Positions 39,331 through 52,184 of a stretch of 64,000 bases of DNA are shown here, piece after piece. A program made the position numbers and the translations under genes. Within the stretch, counting starts at the first letter, position 1, and each line of letters opens with the position of its first letter. Below the pieces are notes generated by a model. It was given only the letters and a program-made list of their open reading frames with translations. It did no database searches and was not told where the DNA came from. The DNA comes from Sphagnum compactum (lineage: Eukaryota), in the NCBI GenBank assembly GCA_965153455.1, contig OZ234493.1, positions 9,228,213 to 9,292,212 on the forward strand, in the 5' to 3' direction.

Positions 39331-42300
39331 AAAAACCATTTCCCTTACAAAAATAACATAATTATGAAATGAATGTGAATGTTGCCCAAAAAGATGAAAT
39401 ATTCATTTATACATGATGAGTGTATTGCTATTAAACCAATAAGTGGATGGTAAACACGATGAGGGTGTTACAAACAAAAATTACACCCTAAACCCATTAT
39501 ATAACGGTATTGTTTGGTGTTAAGTGGAAGAAACACCTATCTAAACATATGGGTATTGCTTGGAAAAAAATGGGCAAAAAAATTACCCATCCCCACTTTT
39601 GGATAGAAAATGAAGATAGGTTGGGATTTTTTGAAATGTTTGGGTTAAATTAAACTTTTTAAAACCCTAACATATGAAACGCATAATCCATCACAAGATA
39701 TTTACCTCCAAGAACGGATGTATATGTGACAATTCTTTGTTTTATTTCAATTTGCTCATTTATTGTAACATTCATTTGATGTTGATTATCATTAATTGAT
39801 GTTTTTCCTTGGCATCTAGGTTTCTTTCGAGGATGTGCCATTTTAAAACAAAACAATGGTTAATTAATGCTTTGTTCCTTCTTCTTTTATTTCTAGTTCA
39901 TCAATTTTATTTTCATTTATAAGCACATCACTAAGAAAATATACATATCTTTTGGCCATATTCAATCCCAAAAAAAAAACTTGAAGCTCCTTAGTAATGG
40001 TGATAGTAGCCATTCAATGTCACTAGTGTTGGGAAGCTTCAAGCTCGCTCAAGAGTAAACAATTGTAATAAAAAATTAAAATGGAAAATTATTTATTGCA
40101 ACTTGATGTGACCTACTACAAGGTAATGCGGTGCTTCAAATTCGTTGTTGCCTTTTCTTATACACACAATCAAAAATAACATTTATAATTTTAATGTACA
40201 TTATTTACAACATTTTAATATTAAATGGTAACAATATTTTAAAACTTTATGTTGCCAAAAAATGTCAATTACTCATGTTGTTGCTATTGCAACATCATCA
40301 TCATTAATATTCTCTTCATCAACAACAACATGATGTTTCTACTATTATAAAATCATCACCATGGTTTTCACCAATAGTAACAAATAACCCCATGAAACAA
40401 TGTTTCTTGAGTGAAAATTTAGAAATTTTTAAAGGTCCAAAGTTAATTAATTTTGCTAAAAATTTGGTAAATCTCATAAAAACCTCAATTAAAAAAAATT
40501 TAAAAACATTATCATGAAAATGACAATGAATGTTTATTTGTGCCCATGAAACAATTTTTGTGGGGTGAAATTTTGGAAATTTTTAAAGGTCCAAAGTTGA
40601 CTAATTTTGCTAAAATTTGTAAAATTTCATAAACACCTCAATTGAAAAAATGACAAAAACATTATCATGAAAGTGACAATGAATGTTTATTTGTGCCCAT
40701 AAAACAATGTTTTCTTATGTGAAACTTTAGAGTTTTATAAAGGTTTAAATTTGATTAATTTTGTTAAATTTTTATTAAATTTCACAAAAACCTCAATTTA
40801 AAAAATGAAAAAAACTTTATCATGAAAATGACAATGAACATTTATTCACACCCATGAAACAATGTTTTTTTGGGTCAAAATTTTGGAAATCTTTTCAAGG
40901 TTTAAATTTGATTAATTTTTGCTAAATTTTTGTTAAATTTCACAAAAACTTCAATTGAAAAAATGAAAAAAATGTTATCATGAAAATCACAATGAACATT
41001 TATTCGCACCATCTTTTATAGCAACAAGAAAGAAGATGACAACAAGCTAGTTTGTTATTTTTTTTTGCAACAAAAAAATGAAGACAATGATGAGCAAGCT
41101 TAATGTCAATCTTTTATCGTGAAAGAAAATGAATACAATGATGAATTAACTCATCGTCATATGTGTAGGAAAAAGAAAATGAAGATGACATGTTTAGTTC
41201 GTCATCATCTTTTGTAGCAACATGAAAAAAGACAACAATGAGCTAGTTTATCATCATCATTTACAACAAAAAATTAAGTTTTTCAAGTTGAAAAATAAAT
41301 TTTCAAGCAAACTAAGTTTGTTGTCATCTTCTTTCCCATTGCAACCTTGTTTATCATCATCATGTACAACTTAATTTGGTGCCCAATTTTTTCAAGTAGA
41401 ACAACAAGAAGATGATGATGAACTTGGGCTCATCATCATCTTCTTTGCAATGCATAGTATGGAGAGGATGAGACTTGCAACAACACAAAGATAAATAAAA
41501 ATAAGAAAAAGAAAGAAAAACAAGACAAATAGATAAGCAAGACACAAATAAGATGCCTTGTGTGTAAAGAAGCAAATTATGCACAAAGAAAGCCGTGTTT
41601 TCGTTGTCTACATTAAACAAGCTCACAAAGTTGTTGCGTCTATCCTCCATCAGTTGGAGCACCTCTAGAAATTGCAACACAAGCATTGTTGGCGATCCGC
41701 AACTAGTCTCAACCTTGATACAACTCTTTCTCCTAAGTTTCAATGTTGTTGATACCTTCAACAACTTTTTCTCCTTGCGGCAATGATGATGGCCATGTTG
41801 GAAAACAAAAAAAAACTTTTGAAAATGGATGGTGTAGATAGGTAGCTTGGGTGAGTGGAGTAGGTGGGTAGTTGGGCGACTAGGGTAAGTACGTGGGTGG
41901 AAAAATAATTTAACAATTAAGGGGACATGCAAAAAAAAAGTTTGAGTGAACCTCTTTGACTACATGAGGTTCAGTAATTAGGATGAACACTAGTTCTTTT
42001 GAAACAAAATTGGTGGAGTCACAGGGCTAGGTCACTTAAGCCAAAGTTCAACTCTCATGTATATAAATTGAAAAGGTGAATTTTAGGGAAGCACATTTGC
42101 TTCTATTTTGCAATTGGGGTCCAAAGAGGTCATTCTATATGGGACATGCCCAATGCTCCAAAACTTTTGTTGATAAGCCAATCAATATGGCTCCTTGAAA
42201 AAAAGAAAAAAATTATGAAGTTGTGAGTGCACCCATGAACTAATTAATATGAATCACACTGTGTAGGACCATGAAAGTATTAAGTACTTGAACAAAAACT

Positions 42301-42671
42301 CAATTTGGAACCTAACCAAGGGTTTCTAGTCCTAAGAAAATTTGAAGGTGTAGGTTCTTGTATAAATTGTGTTAATTAGGGGGTTTTTTTTGTGAGATGT
42401 TTGTTCATCTATTGTACAATTTTTGTGTTTTTCATGATCTTGAAGGGAGGTTGGAATTATTAAAAGAAATCACCAAACCTATGTGCGTATTTCAATAAAA
42501 TAATTCTTGAAACTATGAAAATTGGAATTCAAATTCATAATCCAATAAATGCATTGTGTAATATAAAAAACTTTTGTATTGTCCTAAGGTTTCTTCTTTG
42601 TTAATAATATTATGAACAACTAAGGGTTCAAATTGTGGGGGTGGGAAAAACATGTAAGGCTCAATAAAGTT

Positions 42672-45600
42672 GGTTGGAGTGACCTAGCACCTATCAATGC
42701 ACTAGTCCATTGAAACTCGTTGTGGGTTTCATTGGTTGGATGAAGCTCTAATTTTTAAAAAACTTTTTCACTTCCTCACTACCCTTTTTTACCGCTTTCA
42801 TGGACCTTTTTTTTTTCTTTCTATTATTCTTGGTTGTTTTTCTTCTCTTTCTTCTTATTTTCTTGTTTTTCTTGTTACTGTTTTTTCTTTTCTTCCTCCT
42901 TGTTTTTTTTTCCTTTTTTTTCATGCTATTTTTCCTTCTTTTCCTCCTTATTTCTTTTCTTGTTTTTTTTTCTATTCTCCCTTGCTCCTCTTCCTCTTTT
43001 TTTTCTTGATGTTTTTTCTTTTCTTCCCCCTTGCTCCTCTTCCTTTTTTTTTTCTTGATGTTTTTACTTCTCTTCCCCCTTACTCCTCTTCATTTATTTT
43101 TCTTCTCTTCCTCCTTGTTCCTTTTCCTTTTTTTCCCCCCTACTTCTTCCTTTTTTTTTTTTCCTTTTCTCTTGTTGTTTTTTCTTATTATTTTTCTTGA
43201 TGTTTTTTCTTGTTTCTCTCCTAGCCCTTCTTCATCTTTTTTCCTTGTTATTTTATTTTATTTTTCACGTGTGTTGGGTCTTTTAATTTGGAGCAAGATA
43301 GCGATTTGGAGAAACATTATAGCTTGTTTCAAAGGGTTGGCGAGTTGGATTCTAAGCAAGATCACAATGCAACTAAAGGTGAGTTGGAACGACAAGACTT
43401 GTTCATACAAAAACAAAACAAAGCTTAGAGCTTTTCAAGTGAGTTTTTTTGTTTTTAAAATTTTTTGTTTTCTTTTGGTTTCTTTTATTTTCTATTTTTT
43501 TCATGTTTTTTTTTCTGTTTCGTGTGTTTTTAAAAAAAAATCTTTTTTTTTTTTCATGTTTGTGCCTTTTTTTCATTTTTAAATTATATCTTTTATTTTG
43601 GTTTTGGTTTTAAAAATAATTTATTTTCTTTTTTGTTTTCAAATTCTCTCAATTTGTGTGTTTTGTTTTGTTTATTTATTTACTTATATATATATATAAT
43701 GTTTGTGTGTTTTTTTCTTACTCATATAAACCTTGAAACTTTTATTTACTATTGCATGTTTGTATTTGTGAATTAGATTGTGTGGAACCACTAAGGATGA
43801 GTTTATAATCAACATAATTCATCTTCACATATAACACCAACAATTGTGCACATATCATCATGTTACAAAAATGATCAAAGGAGTTGCAACTTATTGACAA
43901 ATTCATAAAATTATAAATGAAGAAATTAGTGATCGAAATGGATCTTTTATGAAAAAGGAATAACATGTCATTACTTCTTTTTTTGTATTAACATGGACTT
44001 ATTGATTTGCATTTTTGTTGGACATAATTCTTATGGTTTGGTGCATTTTGCATGTAATCTATGTGTACATAGAAACAAAAAAAAATAGTTTATGCCATTT
44101 TGTATTATGGCAACCAATGACATGTGAATGTTTCCAAAAGATCTTAGTGAATTTTTGAATTTCAAATTCATTTCAAATTTTGCATTAATTCATGTAAACG
44201 TTGCTTATTTACAAATTCAAATTGTATTATGTTAGTCAAGCAAAAAATATGAAACATTAAAAATAAACATAACTTTTATTTGAACATGCAATTGTACCTA
44301 CATATGAATTTTTTATAATGCATTGTACATTGTTTTCACCCCATAATACCTGCATTAACCTCCCAAATTTTTCGTCGATTTTTTTAGCCAACCATGTCAT
44401 ATTCACATCCATAATTGTTAAATTACATTTTGTAACATAATCACCCCACAATACCCACATTGCATTCCCAAATTCTTCACTAGTTTTTTTGGCCGACTAT
44501 GTAATACCTAGATCCATAATTGTTAGAACTTTTTTTGCAACATTGCCACCTTGTAATGCCCACATTGCATTCCAAAATTCTTCATTGATTTTTTTGGTTA
44601 ACAATTGCCACCAACTATGCAATACCTACAATATGGGTCTTAAAAATGTTGATTATTGTATCAACCAATTATGTAATATTTGTAAACCTACATGTTTTCC
44701 CAATTAAAAATTTACTTATATGCGAATATTGGATGTGTAATGTTTGACATGTGGTTTTGGCATTATACCAAAGTGGGTGTTGCATTTTGAGGTCAAAAGT
44801 CCACCTAAATGAGGCTTGGACTAATAAATGTTAGTTTCGGCATGATCCTTAATGTGAGTATTGCATATTGGGTAATTAATACAACTTATTAATGGTGGAT
44901 GAAAATATTGCATTGTGATTTAAAGTGGGTTAATGAAGTTTATCCAATTTAAAAAGGTATTGCAAAATCATTTCAAAAGTGTGTTGAAATTCCATTCAAT
45001 TTTAAATGCATTGATTTTTGTAATACTTCATTGATGATAATAATTGCATTCCATAATATCTTTAGGATTTTCTTGTGTGTGAGCAGTACCAAAGAAGTAG
45101 TTATTTAGCCAAAAAATAAAAAGTGTTTTGTTGAAATATTGAAGTTTAACCAAAAAAAAAAATTGGTTTTGTTGAAGGTGGAGGTTTAGTTAGGAAGTAA
45201 AAAAGTTTTATTGAAAGGTGGAAGTTTAACGAAATAAAATATTTAATTTTGCCAAGATATAGTGGTTCAACCAAAAAAAGATATTAGTTTTCCAAGAGGT
45301 GGAGGTTTAACCAAGAAGTAAAGGGGTTTTGCCAAAAGTGACGTTTAACCAAGAAAAAACTTCAGTTTTGTTAAAAGATAAGCCAATCAATATGGCTCCT
45401 TGAAAAAAAATAAAACTAAGCTAATAAAATGTAAAGGTTTTGATGAAAGGTAATGGTTTAGCCAATAAATAAAGAGGTTTTGTCAAAAGGTGAAAGTTGA
45501 ACCAAGAAAAAATATTGATTTTGCTAAAAAATAAAAATATAGTTATAAACTAAAGAGGTTTTGTTAAGAGATGAAAATTTAGCCAAATATAAATAGTAAT

Positions 45601-46335
45601 TTTGTTGAAAGATAAAGATTTAGCTAATAAAAGGTAAAGGTTTTGTTGAGAGGTAACAATTTAATCAATAAGTAAAGAAATTTTGTTAAAAGGTAAAAAT
45701 TTAACCATGAAAAGTTACTAGTTTTGCCAAAAGGTAAAAAGTTTAGCCAAGAAGTAAAAAGGTTTTGCCAAGAGATAAAAGTTTAGCTAAAAAGTAGAGA
45801 GGTTTTGGAAAGAACTAATGTTTAGCTTGGAAGTAGAAAGCTTTTACCCATATATAAAAGCTTAGCCATGAAAAGATAAAAGTTTTACTAGGGAGAGATA
45901 AAAGTTTTGTTGAAATATTAAAAATGCATAGAGGTTTAATAAGAAACTAAATAGATATTGTCAAAAGGTAGAGGTTTAACCATAAAAAAATAGGTTTTGG
46001 CAAGAAGTAAAAGTTTAATCAAGAAAAGATTACGACTTTTACCTAGAGGGTAAAAATTTAGCTAATGAAAACATAGAAGGTAGGTAGGAGGGGAGGTCGA
46101 TTATTAGTTGATAGGTAGGGCTAAGATGCAGGTTAGTAGTGTAGCTAGGTCAATAGGGTAACTAGGTGGGAAGGTTACTTGAAGGTTAAGTTTGAGAAAA
46201 AAATAGCTAAAAAAAAAACTCATTAATCAAAAACAAAAAAAAGTTGACTAATTAAAGCTGGATGAAAAAAATGCAACCCATCCAATGGACAGAATGACCA
46301 ATTGGTCCATCGGTGGGTGTTGGTTCACTTTGGCC
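42672..46335. mobile_element. Non-autonomous MULE element B, complete (3.66 kb)
   Basis: TIRs ggttggagtgacctagcacc / ggtgttggttcactttggcc; perfect 9-bp TSD aataaagtt at 42663-42671 and 46336-46344; internal CTT-rich tract, ~105-bp repeats (44330-44600) and a subterminal array. Confidence 0.85.
45095..46070. repeat. Subterminal tandem array (~35-40-bp unit, aggtttagccaa core)
   Basis: Many degenerate copies of ttttgccaa.aggt..aggtttagccaagaagtaaa; the same core in opposite orientation at 46630-46915 in element A. Confidence 0.8.
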
Positions 46336-48319
46336 AATAAAGTTATGTTTTGGATCATTTATGGGCCAGAGTGAACCAACCCCCATGACTACACCAGTTG
46401 GCCGTTCTAACCATAGGATGGGTTGGATGATTCACCTTTTTTTCATTTGCCTCTTTACCTTGCGTTAACCAACATCCTACCACAATCAATTTTTTTTGGT
46501 TGCTAACCTTTTGACCATTTTTTTTTGTTGCCAAAATTTTCCCAACCCTGACCTCCATACTATCCACCCACCTAGCTACCCTATTGACCTAAATCTTAGC
46601 CTTGCCTACAAACTAACAAACTAATCCCTGACTTACCTTGGCAAAATTCTTATCTCCTTTTGGCTAAACTTTTATTTCTTGGTTAAAACTATATTTATTC
46701 TTGGCTAAATTTATATCTCTTGGCTAAACCTATATTTTTTCTTGGTTAAACTTATATTTATTAACTAAATTTATATCTCTTGGCTAAACCTATATTTCTT
46801 CTTGGTTAAACATATATTTCTTGTCTAAATTTCTATCTTTTGGCTAAATATATATATATCTTAATGGCTAAACTTTTATCTCTTGGTTAAATCTATATAT
46901 TTTATTGGCTAAACATCTACATAATACCAATACATATGTATGAATTTTTTTAATGTAATATTCATATATTCTACTTCTCCTTTTTATGTCATACTTTTAA
47001 GAGATTAAATTTCCACCAAACTATGGATGAGGGTATTGCATACCTAGGGCGACTCATGATGTAGTAGACTTGAATGGCAATGAACCAAGTTTCCACAATG
47101 CCCTCATGTTAGGATGGGTATTACTTGGAACATAAGAAAATCAACTGGCATTTTATGTTTTAGATGCAAGTATTACATAATTTTATTATACTTTTATTTA
47201 TTTTAAATATTTCTTGTCACAATGATGAAAGGATGGGCAAGGGTATTGCATGCTCGGGACCAATCATGATGTGATGAGAAACTTGAATGGTAATGGACCA
47301 AGTTTTTGCAATACCCTCATGTCAAAATGGGGCACCTATTGGAAATATGAAATGCGAATAACCCCAAGTCCTTCCTATAAAGGTGGCCGGATTGCACCCT
47401 AAACATGGGTTGGTTAATGATGTGGGTATTATAATTTCATCGGCTTTATGAAAAACCCAACATTGACAATAAAATATCAAGAGTTTATAATACATGCATA
47501 GTGAAATTGGTTTATGCACCAAGGGGTCATTTTATGAAGGTGGGCAATTTAATTATATATAAGTATTCAAATATAATATCTTCTTAAGGTTATTGTGCAA
47601 CTATTTCATGATAAGGATAATGAGAGTATTATATAGTCAATCATTTAATAATGAACTTTAACTTACATTCATGAAAATATTGCTTAAATGTTCTATAATG
47701 TCCACAAAATGTGTTAACCTTATAAGATGAAGGTATTATTCATTTTGTTTATGGTAAATGTAATCCATTTGTGGTGGAGGGGGGTATTGTGTGCAACATG
47801 GCATAAGGGGATCCCAAAATTTACAAAATTCATAATTATATTTCAAAATTAAAACAAGTGGATTGATACAAAAATGTCATGCCACCCCAAGCTATAATGC
47901 ATCAATACAAAATGGTGTGTACATGCACTAAAGCCTCACTATGGGTTCAACTACAATGATATATATCTATGATTAGTCATTTGAGGAGGATGAATTAGAT
48001 GCAATGCCCGTAGTGGTGCAATAGTTTGTTGTAGTTATTATAGCTTTTGTTACATCATGATGAGTGAATAATTGACAATGTTCAAGCGCAAGTTGAATTG
48101 CATTTACAACTAAAGCCTTTTTTGTTGTGCCCCAAAGCTTAACACACACAAAAATAATAATAATTAGATTCTGATTAAAAAATGCAAACAATGTAAAAAT
48201 AAATAAAATTAAAGTATGGAAATATATTGTTCATGAACAATTTTGCAATTGTAATACTTGCATATTACATCCATTTCTTTGGCTTGATTGTGCTTATTAG
48301 ACTCCAATGTCCAATTTCG

Positions 48320-51300
48320 AACACCCCATGCAAGTTTGAGAGGCTTTGCATAGGCAACTATGGTTGCCTAAATTAGCTCAACAAGGTTATCATCCTTTTC
48401 AAGGCGTGCCCATGCACTTTGTGAGATGAACCCGACCCCCCATGCCAGAATCCCAATGATGCCCAACAAGATCTCGAAGGCTAAATGTACCAATAAAGGT
48501 TGCTTAACCTATTCCATTCACTACGCCAAAATGTGGTTTTTATGACTAGGACATGTTGCAACTACTCCCCAAAATAGTCATGTAGTTGTAAATGGACTTG
48601 AGTCGTAGTCATTTTGACGACTATAGTCATAATTGTGCGTATGTGATTAAAAATATGACTATGACTACAACTAAAGGTAATTATGACTACAAATATGACT
48701 ACACGACTAATGTAACCATTTAAAAGTAATTACTTGACCTTGTTTCAACAAGTTTAAAAAAAAACCTAAAATACATATCAACATGGTCAAATTTGTATTA
48801 GAATCCTAATTTACCTTAATTTAATATAATTTACATAATTCCAAATTTCATATATTTAAATTTAATTTAGTATGAATTAATATAAACCTAGTTTAATTTA
48901 AATTAATTTAGTTTAATTTAATCCAATCTTAATTTAACCCACTTAAGGCTAGTTCACCCTAAGTAGCCTATATAGTTTATCTTAAATAACACAATCTATT
49001 ATAAATAATCTTATATTTTAACTTAATGTAACATATTTTAACATAGGTAAGCTAATTTAATTTAGTTTAGCCAAATGGAACCAACTTTAACAACATTAAA
49101 AAATTTCCAAGTTTAGCCAAATTTAAATTAATTAACTCAATTTAGCATAGTTGGCATGAATTCCAAAAAATACATTAAAAAAATTTATTTGCCAAAATAA
49201 TTCAAATTTAGTCAAGTTTACTTGACCATGTTTAGCATAAATGTTTTCATGTAATTTGATTTCACCAATTTTAACCAAAATAAAACTTCAATGTCGAAAG
49301 TTTAACCTAAATGTTTTAATTTATCCAAGTTTAGCCTAGTTTATTAAAATTTAGCCAAATATATAACCACATTTACCTTTATTTTTGAAGATTTAACCAA
49401 ATTTATTCAATTTCAACAAAACAATTCAAATTTAAATAAAAATTTGCTTAGTTTAACCAAATTTAACCAAAATCATTTAGTTAAAAAAACATTATCTTCA
49501 TTTACCCAAGCTTAACCAAGTTTTAGCCAAGTTTATCAAAATATAAGAAAATTTATCCTATTTTTGTTAGAATAACCTATTTTAGCCTCATTTATATTGT
49601 TTTAACAAAAATTAAACAAAATTAATGAACTTTAGCTTTAGTCTAATTAAGTTTAATCTAAATATCCGATTTTAATAACAAAAGAAACATAATTCAAACA
49701 ATTTCATGTTATTTAAACCAAATTTAAGAAAGTTTTACTATATGTATCTATGGGTTTAGGATTCATAAATTTAAAACATATTAAATCTATATGTAAAATG
49801 ACCTTTAAGAAAATTTGATTAATATAATTTTTAAAATATAAATTTTTTAATTTTTTTTGTATTATGTATATATTAAAAAATCAGTAAATATTTATATATA
49901 TATAACATTGCATATGTATGTGTATATATTGTATGAAATATATAGATTTTTATAAATTAAAAATTATAAAAATTGACATAATGAAAAACCACTATAATTA
50001 TAAGGTTATATTAAGTGGTTGGATTATATTAAATATAATAAAATTAATTGGTAAATATCTTCTTTTTAAATATCAATTCTATTAATTAATTTACAATATA
50101 CTGAAAATAAATATAAAATTGGAATTAATATATGATTATTAAACATGATATAATGAAAATTAAATATTCGCATATAAAGTATAAATATTGAATATATGTA
50201 CATATATGTATACGTATATTATAATATGTGTATATTATATATATATGATACATAATATATATTAATAATATCATATTATGTTAATATTTCAGAATTACAA
50301 AAGGAATTAAAAATATTTAATGTTTTATATTCAAATTATACATATATTTATTAAAGTTTCTCATGTATTGAAACATAACAGATATGTTAAAATTTTAAAA
50401 ATTCAAAAACAATTTTCTGTGTACAAAATTTGTTATTTGAATTTTTAGTTGGTTCACATATGTAGATTATGCTCCAATGTTTTTAACAATTCATATTCGT
50501 ATTTTCATTTGAGTAAGTATTGGTAAAGAAATTAAATTTTAAACTTTGTATTTTTATACATTTAAACATTGGAACATGATAAAGTTTTTATGTGGCAATA
50601 TTGTGTTGCATGTAATGTGGTAAGTGGATGGCAAAGGCCTTCAACCAATTCAAGAAGGCCCAAGGATCAATACTTGTCCCCACCATGTCGACCAATTTGA
50701 CCATGTTGAATATAGTAAACTTTGACCATTGCTATGATAATGACATATAATACAACAATTTTTATATGGTTGTATATAAATTTTATACAATTCATGTACA
50801 AACCATACATATATATATAAGTATAATTATTTTGTAAAATCAATATTTGAAAACATAGTTAAATATTAATATAATAATATATAATTTTATTATATACAAA
50901 ATATATATTATATATATTATATATAAATAATATTTTGTAGTCGTAGGTGTAGTCGCAATGGTGGTTATGTCTATGACCATCTTAGCGACTAGTAGCATTT
51001 ACAATGTGGTCTTTTGGACTACAGAGTCATGTAGTCACAAGGAGTTGCAAATGGCATTTATGATTAGTTTTTTAGTTGTAAATGTAGTTGTAAATGCCAT
51101 GTTTTTGGCATTGTGATTTGTTGCGCTTGGGTCAAGTTCATCCCATTTTAATTTCACTTTCTTCTTCATTCGACCAAAAGCATTTTTCTCATTTCACTTT
51201 TGCCTTGCATGTGGGTTGCTCAAAATATGAACATTCATAGAACTGTGGTCTTGTTGCCTGTGCCCCCTATGATGAGAAAATGGATGCTTTAATCTCCTAA

Positions 51301-51440
51301 TTTGCATTCAAAGGGAGGGTTTGCTCCAAGTGTTTACAGAACAACCATGTGGTTGCATAAGAACTAGTGGATGCACCACCTTGCAACACCATTTTGAGCC
51401 TTTGTGAACCCATTCATTGTCCTCCATTGTATCTCCATGT
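48320..51440 (-). pseudogene. C2H2 zinc-finger accessory gene of MULE A, split by the CACTA insertion
   Basis: 51440-51119: WVHKGSKWCCKV..TSSYATTWLFCKHLEQ...DHSSMNVHILSNPHARQ; 48518-48320: QPLLVHLAFEILLGIIGILAWGVG...LEKDDNLV; colinear with the element C protein. Confidence 0.65.
48519..51115. mobile_element. Non-autonomous CACTA element (2.6 kb, extremely AT-rich interior)
   Basis: Starts cactacgccaaaa and ends ttttggcattgtg (2 mismatches); 3-bp TSD att at 48516-48518 and 51116-51118; gactac/gtagtc subterminal repeats at both ends; removal rejoins the zinc-finger gene. Confidence 0.88.
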
Positions 51441-51489
51441 TCATCTTGAATCGGAGGAAGAACCTTTAATTGAGGTGGTATTACAACTT

Positions 51490-51780
51490 AAGAGGGTATT
51501 GCATCTGGGCTATCCACCACACATGTAATAAGACGAGGGTATGGACTAAATCAACATACATAATGTGGAATTACATGTATGCTAACCACCATAATTACAA
51601 CAAGATGAAGGTATTGCACTAAAACAACGTACATAGAGTGGAATTACACCTAGGCCAACCACCACAATGACAAAGCAATGAGGGTATTACACTAAATCAA
51701 CATACATAATGGGGAATTACATTTAGGCCACCCATCACAATGTCAACAAGATGAGGGTATTGCACTAAATCATAACTCTA
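51490..51780. repeat. Tandem array, ~70-bp unit x4
   Basis: Recurring gatgagggtattgcactaaatcaacatacata.tg.ggaattaca...accacca. Confidence 0.75.
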
Positions 51781-52184
51781 AATCAAAAAGGATGAAAGCA
51801 TTGTGAACCAAAAACCAAGGAAATATTATATTATGTGCAAGAAACTTGATTCGAAATGTTCAGGTATTGTTACAAATTTTTTTTGACAAAAAACAACCCA
51901 TTTCATTTTCACATAGAGAGTAAGGATGGGTTTTGATGTGACCGTATGCATTTTTAGAATGCACCTTTCATGACATACCTTGAGAAGACATGGCCATGTA
52001 TACTACAATTACTTGTTTTTCAATTGTATTTGGCACCACTTGTTTTACAATTGTATTTGACACCTTTTGTGCCTTTCATGCATGTTTCCTTTGAATAGCC
52101 ATATTAAGACAAACTAGAAGACCTTAAAAGGGGAAAAAATCATTAATATACATTTTTTGTCTGTTGCAACAAAGTAAGGTAACT

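Larger units (their letters stand above)
33613..42042. mobile_element. MULE element C (right copy, truncated at 33613)
   Basis: TIR ...gagtcacagggctaggtcacttaagcc ends at 42042; mirror of 12592-21044. Confidence 0.65.
33613..44416 (-). repeat. Right arm of ~10.8-kb inverted duplication
   Basis: Mirror of 10252-21044 with scattered SNPs and small indels (e.g. extra ~29 bp near 43610; the duplicated aatatcacttttt unit near 20490 is single here). Confidence 0.97.

Noticed and set aside
10252-44416. Single giant transposon with 10.8-kb TIRs
   Set aside because: No TSD or TE-like termini at the outer ends; both outer ends fall in the middle of MULE B
45095-46070. Regularly spaced repeats suggesting a CRISPR-like array (also 52185-53410)
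   Set aside because: Units are degenerate tandem copies without unique spacers; eukaryotic TE subterminal context; no cas genes
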